Source: a virus (lineage: Duplodnaviria; Caudoviricetes). From it: 30,235 nt of DNA. The translations under genes and the position numbers were made by a program. The stretch covers positions 1 through 30,235 of the IMG/VR virus record IMGVR_UViG_3300005805_000319; one strand, written 5' to 3'. This document shows, in pieces, positions 19,865-27,142 of this stretch. The notes under the pieces were generated by a model that worked only from the letters and a program-made list of their open reading frames with translations, did not search any database and was not told where the DNA came from. How positions within the stretch are numbered: position 1 is the first letter of the stretch; the number at the start of each line of letters is the position of its first letter.

Positions 19865-20301
19865 CAACCATTGCGGCGCGATTCTCTACCCTAGAAATTG
19901 CCGCCGATTCGATGGTGAGTGGTGAAGATTCTTTTTACCTAGTCGAGAAACTCCGCAGGGGGAAAGAATCCATATATGGCGGTTGCGGGGATTGGGACAA
20001 ACTGCTCAAGTTCTATCAAGCGATTGAGGCAGGTTCCGAGATAGATTCGGATACAGATGTAACCATCCTCGAATTAAGGCATGACGGACTGTGGGTTTAT
20101 GAGTCGTGCATCATCCCCGCGAAAATCAAAAATGACTACTGGGCAATTGGAACTGGTGCGAACTATTCCATTGCCGCAATGAGACTTGGGAAATCACCTG
20201 CGGAGGCAGTCGCAATTTCTTGCGAATTCGATACCGCAACCAATCCCCCGATAGATGCATGGAAACTGGAGAAGCGTAATGCCCGGAAAAGTAACAGATG
20301 A
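19861..20301 (+). CDS. Ntn-hydrolase, HslV/proteasome beta-subunit-like peptidase
   Basis: N-terminal M-TTIAA (Thr1 nucleophile), IAADS, EKL, GCGD, AIGTG...A.AAM..G.S..EAV. Confidence 0.78.
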   Translation: MTTIAARFSTLEIAADSMVSGEDSFYLVEKLRRGKESIYGGCGDWDKLLKFYQAIEAGSEIDSDTDVTILELRHDGLWVYESCIIPAKIKNDYWAIGTGANYSIAAMRLGKSPAEAVAISCEFDTATNPPIDAWKLEKRNARKSNR

Positions 20302-21241
20302 AGAATTTATAAAACTTTGGAAAAGGTTGGGAAGTCCCCTACAAGTAATGAATGCTCTGGGTCTGAAGGATGCGCGTCAGATTTATATTCGCCGCAGACG
20401 ACTAGAATCTTTAGGTCATCACTTACCATCTTTCGCCGCAACTCAGAAAAGCGTTAACACAACACCTGTTATCCCTGATTCGCGACGCGTTATGCACCAC
20501 GAAATCAAGGATGGTCAAATCTTTGTTGCCTCGGATTGTCATTACTGGCCTGACATAGAAACAGTCGCGCACAAGGCTTTTGTGAAGTTGATAGGAGAGA
20601 TGAAACCATCTGTCATCTGCTTGAACGGGGATGTCTTCGATGGAGCGCGAATCTCAAGACATGAACCTCTTTACGGCGAAAATCCTCCAACAGTTAAACG
20701 CGAGATTGAGGCTTGCCAAGACCGTCTTTCTGAGATTGCAAACGCAAGTAAAAACGCAAAAAAATACTGGACATTCGGGAATCACGATATTCGGCTCCAT
20801 CGGTACCTGACTGCGAATGCGATTGAAGTTGAAACAATGAATGACCTGTTTGATTTTTTTCCCGGTTGGAATACGACTTGGCGACTTGATATAAACCATT
20901 CAACTGTTATCAAACATCGATGGCACAACGGCGTTCACGCAACCTATAACAACGCCTTGAAGTCTATGCTTAACCTTAACCAAGGCTCTGCGGCAATCGT
21001 TACAGGACACCTGCATCGTTTGATGATAAATGTCTGGCGTGGGTATGGCGGTGCGGCCTATGGTGTTGATTCGGGGACTCTTGCTGAACCCGGAGGGGAA
21101 CAGTTCGCATATTTAGAAGGCAATCCTACGCCGTGGGCAAGTGGATTTGCGATACTCACTTTCAAGGATGGAAAATTATTGCCGCCTGAACTTTGCGAGG
21201 TTTCGCAAGGCGTTGCTTACTTTAGAGGCAAAGAAGTATGA
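20279..21241 (+). CDS. Calcineurin-like metallophosphoesterase with N-terminal HTH-like segment
   Basis: SDCH, NGDVFD, GNHD, KHRWH, GHLH metal-binding motifs; start reassigned to ATG 20279 (GGAG RBS). Confidence 0.88.
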   Translation: MPGKVTDEEFIKLWKRLGSPLQVMNALGLKDARQIYIRRRRLESLGHHLPSFAATQKSVNTTPVIPDSRRVMHHEIKDGQIFVASDCHYWPDIETVAHKAFVKLIGEMKPSVICLNGDVFDGARISRHEPLYGENPPTVKREIEACQDRLSEIANASKNAKKYWTFGNHDIRLHRYLTANAIEVETMNDLFDFFPGWNTTWRLDINHSTVIKHRWHNGVHATYNNALKSMLNLNQGSAAIVTGHLHRLMINVWRGYGGAAYGVDSGTLAEPGGEQFAYLEGNPTPWASGFAILTFKDGKLLPPELCEVSQGVAYFRGKEV

Positions 21242-21396
21242 ACCCAATGTTTCCTCTTGCGGTCGCGACTCTTTTGTACGCATGGCAGTCTATCAACTAC
21301 ACAGGCGAACAACGCATCGGTATGATGATAACTTTTATCGGTTACGCAATTGCAAACATAGGACTGATTATCGATTTCTACGAAATGAAGACTTAG
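21238..21396 (+). CDS. Small two-TM membrane protein (52 aa; not in ORF track)
   Basis: MNPMFPLAVATLLYAWQS...MMITFIGYAIANIGLIIDFYEMKT; ATGA overlap, GAGG RBS. Confidence 0.65.
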   Translation: MNPMFPLAVATLLYAWQSINYTGEQRIGMMITFIGYAIANIGLIIDFYEMKT

Positions 21397-21403
21397 AAAC
21401 AAA

Positions 21404-21853
21404 ATGGATGATTTAGTAAATTCCGCGAAAGGCGCAACGCAAAGCATAAAGAGTGCGTTAGCCGCTGGCAAAGAGATTGAATCGGTTGTTAACGATATTC
21501 AAAAACTCGGTGTCGCGGAGTTAAAGGCAAAACAAGAGTTTCAGAAGAAACAAAGGGTCATCAAGGGTGACACCACAATCTTGACTGCTTTTGCGGAATG
21601 GCGCAGATTGAAAGAAATCAAAGAGGCCGAGCAAGACCTGCTAAACCAACTTATCGAGCGTTACGGCAAGGATAAGGCCGAGCATGAATGGAGAGACATT
21701 CAGGCCATAAAACAGCGTCAGATAAAGGAAGTAAAAGAAGGCCGTGATGAATTAGGCCGCGACCTGAAAAAACTTCGAGAACTCAAGATTGTTTGCTTTT
21801 TGCTTTCTCTGCTTATTGTTTCCTGTTATTACATTTTCAAAGGACACCTGTAA
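21404..21853 (+). CDS. Coiled-coil protein with C-terminal TM anchor
   Basis: 149 aa of charged helices, then IVCFLLSLLIVSCYYIF. Confidence 0.65.
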   Translation: MDDLVNSAKGATQSIKSALAAGKEIESVVNDIQKLGVAELKAKQEFQKKQRVIKGDTTILTAFAEWRRLKEIKEAEQDLLNQLIERYGKDKAEHEWRDIQAIKQRQIKEVKEGRDELGRDLKKLRELKIVCFLLSLLIVSCYYIFKGHL

Positions 21854-22353
21854 TGCTCTCACTTATATCTTCCGCAATCGGATTTTTCGCCTCTGGACTT
21901 CCTAAAGTCTTGGAGTTCTTTCAAGACCGCGCAGACAAGGCGCACGAACTTAAACTTGCCCAGATGCAGACCGAGCGCGAACTGGCTCTTGCGAAGGAGG
22001 GTTTTGCCGCCCAAGCGCGGATAGAAGAAATCAGAACCGACCAAATTGCCATGCAAACGGATGCCGAGCGTCAGGGTGCGGCTCTGGAGCATGACAAAGC
22101 GTTAATGTCTCGGGTATCCCAAAAGGTTGCCGATTTGAACGGGGTGGTGCGGCCTTTGGTGACTTTTATCTTTATCCTCGAGTTAGTGTTGATTAACATC
22201 GCCCTGACCTCATGGTTTATCTTCTCGGGAGAGGTTCAGTCGGTTGACGACATGGTTAAGGCATCGAGCGTCATTTTCAGCGATGATGAGATGGCTCTGC
22301 TTTCTGGAATTTGTGCATTCTGGTTCGGGAGTCGCCAATGGGGTAAGAAGTGA
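21853..22353 (+). CDS. Putative holin (3-TM, GTA-holin-like)
   Basis: Start at TAATG overlap; VRPLVTF, FWFGSR motifs; immediately upstream of the lysozyme. Confidence 0.68.
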   Translation: MLSLISSAIGFFASGLPKVLEFFQDRADKAHELKLAQMQTERELALAKEGFAAQARIEEIRTDQIAMQTDAERQGAALEHDKALMSRVSQKVADLNGVVRPLVTFIFILELVLINIALTSWFIFSGEVQSVDDMVKASSVIFSDDEMALLSGICAFWFGSRQWGKK

Positions 22354-22874
22354 CCCCTCCGCAAGAATTCCTAAAAACCCTGCGTCACCACGAAGGGGTT
22401 CGCCAAAGGCCGTATTTATGCCCTGCCGCCATTTGGACAGTCGGTGTGGGCAGAGTTCTATACCAAGACCAAATCGCCCTGCCTATGGTCAGGAAAGAGG
22501 GCTACGGCGGTCTTATCCGCAAAGAGTTTCCACTTAAACCTGCGGACAATCGGGTTTGGTCTTTAGAGGAAATCGACAAGTTACTCGCCGAAGACCTCCA
22601 GTATTTCGCCAAGGGGGTTACTCGCCTCCTGAACGGGAAACACTCTGATGACCAACTGTGGGCTTGCGTCTCCTACTCTTTCAACGCAGGTCTGGGGGCT
22701 TTCCAACGGTCTACGATGCGCCAAAAGCACCTCAGAGGCGACTATGAGGGTGCGGCAAGGGATTGGTTAACCTCTCGGGTTACAGGGGGAGGTAAGACCC
22801 TTCCCGGCCTTGTTAAGCGTAGGAAGGATGAGGCCGAACTGTATCTCAGGGGGCTAGGTCTTTCTCAAGAATAG
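22350..22874 (+). CDS. Endolysin, GH24 lysozyme
   Basis: HEG.R..PYLCPAAIWTVGVG (E/C/T triad), SYSFNAG, LPGLVKRR.DE. Confidence 0.93.
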   Translation: MTPPQEFLKTLRHHEGVRQRPYLCPAAIWTVGVGRVLYQDQIALPMVRKEGYGGLIRKEFPLKPADNRVWSLEEIDKLLAEDLQYFAKGVTRLLNGKHSDDQLWACVSYSFNAGLGAFQRSTMRQKHLRGDYEGAARDWLTSRVTGGGKTLPGLVKRRKDEAELYLRGLGLSQE

Positions 22875-23019
22875 CCTTGAGGTAGGGCTGAACGCCTCCC
22901 AGTTCGGTTTCTATGGTTTTAAGCACCATCCGCACCGACTCGATGGTTGCTCCCGCCCTAAACGCCCGTTGAACGAGGGTGGATAAATCTGCGTGAAACT
23001 TCAATTCTTTTTCAGTCAT
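22846..23019 (-). CDS. Hypothetical protein (57 aa; not in ORF track)
   Basis: GAGGAA RBS; MTEKELKFHADLSTLVQRAFRAG...; overlaps the lysozyme 3' end convergently. Confidence 0.55.
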   Translation of the reverse strand: MTEKELKFHADLSTLVQRAFRAGATIESVRMVLKTIETELGGVQPYLKAILEKDLAP

Positions 23020-23146
23020 TTTTAGTTCCTCAAGTGGGTGGGGGAAGGTTGTGTCAACAACCGAATCTCATCGTTGCGGGATTCTGTTATTCCTTCCCCC
23101 GTGTTATATTTTACTCTCCTCAAGCGGCTCCTCTCGGAGTCTTTCG

Positions 23147-23170
23147 CCCCTCTCGCGAGGGGTTTTTTTT
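23147..23170 (+). terminator. Intrinsic terminator of the late transcript
   Basis: CCCCTC-tcgc-GAGGGG followed by T8. Confidence 0.78.
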
Positions 23171-23367
23171 CAGCAAAGGTAAGGCGCAATCCTTACCAAA
23201 ACTTTCGCAGGTACATATCTGCGGTAATACTGGTTAGTGACAATCAATGCTTGCGCTTGTTTCTTGGTGCGAAACAGTTGCGGGAGGATAGGCTCATAAT
23301 GCTCAAAGTCTAAGTCCCGGTGATACCGCGCTTGCTTGTCAATCAACGCCCAACATACTTTCTTCAT
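23170..23367 (-). CDS. Hypothetical protein
   Basis: 65 aa, GAGG RBS, ATGA coupling. Confidence 0.55.
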   Translation of the reverse strand: MKKVCWALIDKQARYHRDLDFEHYEPILPQLFRTKKQAQALIVTNQYYRRYVPAKVLVRIAPYLC

Positions 23368-23555
23368 TTGTTCCTCTCATACCATTTTTTGTTTTGCTCT
23401 CCGACCCACAACCCCGCGCAGACTGCTTCTAAATGTTCGCTAGGCGGGTTGGTCTTGAGTGCGGCCTTATAACCCTGTTTGTAGGAGTTCGGTTCAGGCG
23501 GCATAAAGGCGTACATCATTACCGCACCAAACGCGACAAGGAAAAGTGACCTCAT
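23364..23555 (-). CDS. Hypothetical protein with N-terminal TM/signal segment
   Basis: Start reassigned (MRSLFLVAFGAVMM...), GAGGGG RBS, ATGA coupling. Confidence 0.6.
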   Translation of the reverse strand: MRSLFLVAFGAVMMYAFMPPEPNSYKQGYKAALKTNPPSEHLEAVCAGLWVGEQNKKWYERNK

Positions 23556-23665
23556 CGTTTCCCCCTCAACAGGAAGATGATTAGTCCGATAAAAATCCCA
23601 AGCGCAGTTGGAAACAGAATCAGGACTAAGCACCAAAGCAGAATCGTGAGTGGGAGTTCAATCAT
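23552..23665 (-). CDS. Hydrophobic micro-protein (37 aa; not in ORF track)
   Basis: MIELPLTILLWCLVLILFPTALGIFIGLIIFLLRGKR; ATGA overlaps at both ends. Confidence 0.55.
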   Translation of the reverse strand: MIELPLTILLWCLVLILFPTALGIFIGLIIFLLRGKR

Positions 23666-23886
23666 TTCTCGCCGCCCAATATACGCATAGCATCATCCAC
23701 AATATTATTGAGACTAGGAACCATCCCGGTGCGTTCATTTAGTATCTCCCTCACTTTGTTCGCCTCGAGAATGATGTCGGTGGCGAGTTTGTAAATATCT
23801 GCGGCGGGTGCTAGGGAATCCGCAGACATGGCTTGAAGTTCTCGGGTCATCTTCCCTAAGACCGCGATATGATGTCCGATGTTCAT
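23662..23886 (-). CDS. Hypothetical protein
   Basis: Helical 74-aa ORF tightly packed in the operon. Confidence 0.55.
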   Translation of the reverse strand: MNIGHHIAVLGKMTRELQAMSADSLAPAADIYKLATDIILEANKVREILNERTGMVPSLNNIVDDAMRILGGEK

Positions 23887-23887
23887 G

Positions 23888-24130
23888 TCAAAAAGGTATA
23901 TCATCTGAGAGTTCATTGATAGAGGGTTGCGGTGCTGGCTTTATATCCTCAACAGGATTAACGGTCAGACTAAAGAACTTGGAACCATCTTTAGAACTTG
24001 TTCTAACCCATCCAGATAACCAGTAATCCTTCCCCTCGATGTTTATCTTCCCGGTGTATTCAGGACTCTTTTCAGACTTGGGTTTGAGGTTTTTTCCTAG
24101 TGTCCCGCGGTTGGTGTTGTCGTATTCCAT
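23888..24130 (-). CDS. Small ssDNA-binding protein (DUF736-like) with SSB-type acidic tail
   Basis: PEYTGKI...YWLSGW...FFSL, C-terminal DDIPF; adjacent to the exonuclease. Confidence 0.7.
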   Translation of the reverse strand: MEYDNTNRGTLGKNLKPKSEKSPEYTGKINIEGKDYWLSGWVRTSSKDGSKFFSLTVNPVEDIKPAPQPSINELSDDIPF

Positions 24131-24131
24131 T

Positions 24132-24758
24132 TCAATCTCCTAAAGTTAATTTGATAAACATCTGCTCGACTTCTTCTAAAAATATCTTTGCGGCTTCTTC
24201 GACTTCTATAATCTCCTCCTCGGTTGGTATGAACTTCTTGATAAACAGTTGTTGTTTCTCAGGTAGTCGTGGGTCGAAAGAACAGAACCAAACGCCTTGC
24301 TTTTGAGCGCAAGCGGCCTGAAGAATCATTTGGGGTTTATATTCGTCTGGCACAACATCATTCAAAATGTAAGTAATATGTGTGGCCGTTGACGGGCATT
24401 TGCTCTCAAACATGGAACCATCTGAGCAGATGCCATCGGGCGAGGCTCCGAGGTTCTCTATTTTCGGGTGCGGGATGAACCCAACATCATTCACTAACAA
24501 ACCAGTTCGCCGCTCAAATGCGCTTTTGGCTTGTGGTTCGTTATCAATCCCCCATTGCATTTCGTTCGTTATGTACTTTGGAACGATGCTATCGGTCAGT
24601 CTTTCCGCAAGAATCTCAATCTTTAGTTTCCGTCTTTCCGATGCCTCATTCCCGTTTTTGAGGAATGCCGTTGCCGCAGACATCCTAGAGGCCGTTAGTT
24701 TCCCGATGCGGTCGTTAAACCACGCGCCAGTTCCCTGAAGTGGATTTTCTTCTCTCAT
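24132..24758 (-). CDS. YqaJ/lambda-exonuclease family protein
   Basis: W...R.GKLTAS, MQWG...E, GASPDG, ESKCP, Y.PQ..LQ, SFDPR. Confidence 0.92.
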   Translation of the reverse strand: MREENPLQGTGAWFNDRIGKLTASRMSAATAFLKNGNEASERRKLKIEILAERLTDSIVPKYITNEMQWGIDNEPQAKSAFERRTGLLVNDVGFIPHPKIENLGASPDGICSDGSMFESKCPSTATHITYILNDVVPDEYKPQMILQAACAQKQGVWFCSFDPRLPEKQQLFIKKFIPTEEEIIEVEEAAKIFLEEVEQMFIKLTLGD

Positions 24759-25255
24759 TTCAATCCTTTCTTAACTTCGTCTTTCACGGCCTCGAGCGCA
24801 ACCCGTTCCTCTGGCGACATTGCTAACCATGCCTTTTGCAGTTCAGCAAGGTTCTTGCACTCCCGCAGATTCTTCTCAACCTTTAGATGAACCTTTGGTT
24901 TTGGTTTCGGTGCGGCATCGATTGCAACCTTAATCATCTCCTCCGCAGAGGCAATGAACTCCGTTCCCCCGAATCCCGCAAAAGAGAGGGCGCGGCCTAC
25001 GGCACTTGTCTCCGCATTCTCGAGGGCTGAAGTCTTGTTAATAGAACTTGCGGCTCGATACTCCTCTGCATGACCTGTTGCGATACACCGATTGTTTTCG
25101 TTGTAGATATAGGCTTGCATCACAACCTTAGAATCGGTGTTTTCGATAATCTCAGTCTGAATCTCCCAATCTGGGAACTTCTTGCGAAACTCAGAAACTC
25201 GAAAGGCAACAGTCGCGTACTCTTTGCCGTGGATTAACACTTTACCGTTTGACAT
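24755..25255 (-). CDS. Rad52/Sak-like single-strand annealing protein
   Basis: GKEY..V..R, ATGHAEE, SALENAETSAVGRAL; paired with YqaJ; GAGGAG RBS before ATG 25255. Confidence 0.75.
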   Translation of the reverse strand: MSNGKVLIHGKEYATVAFRVSEFRKKFPDWEIQTEIIENTDSKVVMQAYIYNENNRCIATGHAEEYRAASSINKTSALENAETSAVGRALSFAGFGGTEFIASAEEMIKVAIDAAPKPKPKVHLKVEKNLRECKNLAELQKAWLAMSPEERVALEAVKDEVKKGLK

Positions 25256-25265
25256 CTTCTTCTCC

Positions 25266-25391
25266 TCAAACAAACATAGTTAGTAAAACAACACTCGCAA
25301 ACAGAACAGTTGCAACAACCTTCTCCGCAATTGTTTCTGTGTGAATCGGTGTTCGTTTAGCGCATTCGGCTAGAAATTTCTTTTGCATCAT
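25266..25391 (-). CDS. Small protein with C-terminal TM (41 aa; not in ORF track)
   Basis: MMQKKFLAEC...VVATVLFASVVLLTMFV; GAGG RBS, ATGA coupling. Confidence 0.5.
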   Translation of the reverse strand: MMQKKFLAECAKRTPIHTETIAEKVVATVLFASVVLLTMFV

Positions 25392-25630
25392 TTGTTCCTC
25401 TCATGGTTTTCAAAAAGTATGCGAGCCATTGATTTGAAATCGGCTTCTTCTATTAGTCCTAATGCCCAGTTGCGGCAGATTCCTTCCATGCTGGTTTGAC
25501 GGATGATGTCAATCGCATAGTTCTTCAAATAGTTTCCAGCCTCTTGAAGTGTTTCATGCTCAAAGAAATCATCCCATTGGAAACCATCAAACAATTCGTT
25601 GTAAATTCTTTCTGTCGGTGTCATGTTCAC
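25388..25630 (-). CDS. Hypothetical acidic protein
   Basis: 80 aa, coupled to both neighbours. Confidence 0.55.
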   Translation of the reverse strand: MNMTPTERIYNELFDGFQWDDFFEHETLQEAGNYLKNYAIDIIRQTSMEGICRNWALGLIEEADFKSMARILFENHERNK

Positions 25631-25995
25631 TCCAAGATTTTGTAACCGCGACCTTCAAGGCACTTGCGGACTATTTTTTGTCTACGGTCGAAAGTGTTGT
25701 AAGCACCTGTTCCCGCGCCAACTACGGTTCCTGAAATAAGACCTGCGGCGGCTCCCGTCTGCGGGGTAATGTTGCCTTTCGCAAGTGCGGCTCCCATCAA
25801 CATCGATATGAATCCGTTTAGTGCGGCAGACTTCGCCATTTCAGAACCGTAGGAAACGCCTTCGGCAATCCTCTCGCACTCCATCTCATCTAAGTGATAG
25901 TTGGCTGGCGTACTGGATGCCTTCGGGTCTATAAGTGGTTTGCTCGCACAACCGCCAACTAGGGCGGCGGCGAGGAGTATGCAAATTGTTTTCAT
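25627..25995 (-). CDS. Glycine-zipper lipoprotein
   Basis: Lipobox LVGG|C after a hydrophobic signal; GAAAG..G...GAG zipper; EC...C.EGRGY cysteine pair. Confidence 0.75.
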   Translation of the reverse strand: MKTICILLAAALVGGCASKPLIDPKASSTPANYHLDEMECERIAEGVSYGSEMAKSAALNGFISMLMGAALAKGNITPQTGAAAGLISGTVVGAGTGAYNTFDRRQKIVRKCLEGRGYKILE

Positions 25996-26010
25996 AATGT
26001 TCCTCAAGAT

Positions 26011-26400
26011 TTATGCGGCTTGCAATTTGTTTTGGCTAGCGCACCGTTTTTCATCAGCGAAATGCCATGTATCTCCGTCAATCGCATGAATTACAAAACC
26101 GCCGTAAGAAGTGTCGCTATACAAGATAACTGCAACAACAACATCTTTTCGTACTTCAACATAACCAGCGGCAGGTTCATCTTGAAAAACCCGGTAATTT
26201 GTAGGAACCCAACCGGGGCGGGTAATTTTTATCCATTCAATCGAAGCATTGAAACGGCCTTTATATTTGCCGCGTTTTTTGAGTGGCAAGGCATCAACGA
26301 TTGCATCGCCAAATTTTTTGCGAGCATATTGCTCTCCAAACTCACTACCGACCCAAGCGGCTTTTCTCTCGAAAACTGCGTGTTGTTGAAATTGACCCAT
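26011..26400 (-). CDS. Hypothetical early protein
   Basis: GAGGAG RBS before ATG 26400; 129 aa. Confidence 0.6.
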   Translation of the reverse strand: MGQFQQHAVFERKAAWVGSEFGEQYARKKFGDAIVDALPLKKRGKYKGRFNASIEWIKITRPGWVPTNYRVFQDEPAAGYVEVRKDVVVAVILYSDTSYGGFVIHAIDGDTWHFADEKRCASQNKLQAA

Positions 26401-26440
26401 TCTGTTTCTCCTCAAGAGAGGGGGCGAACCCCCTCAGTTA

Positions 26441-26968
26441 TTATTTGCGTTTGCGGGTTGGAAACTGGTTGAACACTTTGCCTAGGCAAGAACGGTTCGT
26501 GATGCATTTGGTGTTCCAAACTTCTTTGGCATCACCCTTGGTCACAACCAAATCTGAATCAAACCAGAGGCCGCCGTTGAAACCCATGTTAGCGGAGTCG
26601 CACTCGCCAACCTTTTTAACTAACTTTGCAACATATGCCTCATATTGGAATGCGGCATCTTTCGCGGCATTGTCGATTACATGGGAAATGCGTTCTTCGC
26701 ACATACGAACAATCATTGGTTCGTTCATCCGATAACTTGGCTGAACCGAGCGAACTAAAGAAGAAGCGAAATCGTGTGCGGCTTTTTGCGACATATATGT
26801 AGAGCGCGATACAAAACCGTTTGGGCGGGGAAATGCTACATTCAAATCCCAGTTGGCTTCTTCTAGTTTCTTTGCAAATCGTGCGACCATTTCTTTGGTT
26901 GCTTGAACTGCCGCATCGATGCTTGCTTGCTTGAGTGGTTCTACTGCGGTAGCGATGAGGTTTGTCAT
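26441..26968 (-). CDS. Hypothetical early protein (first gene of the leftward operon)
   Basis: 175 aa, AGGAG RBS, double TAA stop. Confidence 0.7.
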   Translation of the reverse strand: MTNLIATAVEPLKQASIDAAVQATKEMVARFAKKLEEANWDLNVAFPRPNGFVSRSTYMSQKAAHDFASSLVRSVQPSYRMNEPMIVRMCEERISHVIDNAAKDAAFQYEAYVAKLVKKVGECDSANMGFNGGLWFDSDLVVTKGDAKEVWNTKCITNRSCLGKVFNQFPTRKRK

Positions 26969-27016
26969 TTTGCTTCTCCTATTTTTCCCGGTCTGGAGTG
27001 TTTGACCGTAGGAGTA

Positions 27017-27044
27017 ATTATCCTGATTGGGAAACAGTCTGCAA
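27017..27044 (-). promoter_or_regulatory. Putative leftward sigma70 promoter
   Basis: TTGCAG-N16-GATAAT with AT-rich upstream sequence, about 50 nt before the first leftward ATG. Confidence 0.5.
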
Positions 27045-27112
27045 GCGATATTAACAATATCCCCCTCTTTTTAGTCGGGTATTGTTTCCTTGCGCCGCAA
27101 CATAGGCAGGGA

Positions 27113-27141
27113 TTGCAACTTTTTCTGGTTTGGGCAATCAT
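27113..27141 (+). promoter_or_regulatory. Putative rightward sigma70 promoter
   Basis: TTGCAA-N17-AATCAT immediately before the structured region. Confidence 0.45.
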
Positions 27142-27142
27142 A

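Noticed and set aside
21404-21853. Spanin assignment
   Set aside because: The TM segment is C-terminal and no nested or adjacent lipoprotein was found.
34-22537. Numerous antisense and alternate-frame ORFs within the late operon
   Set aside because: Shadows of well-supported + strand genes, with no RBS or motifs.
23040-23100. Hammerhead ribozyme in the three-way junction
   Set aside because: No CUGANGA/GAAA core on either strand.
27023-27037. CTGATTGGGAAACAG as a LexA box
   Set aside because: Spacing is CTG-N9-CAG rather than N10, and the CTGT half-site is imperfect.
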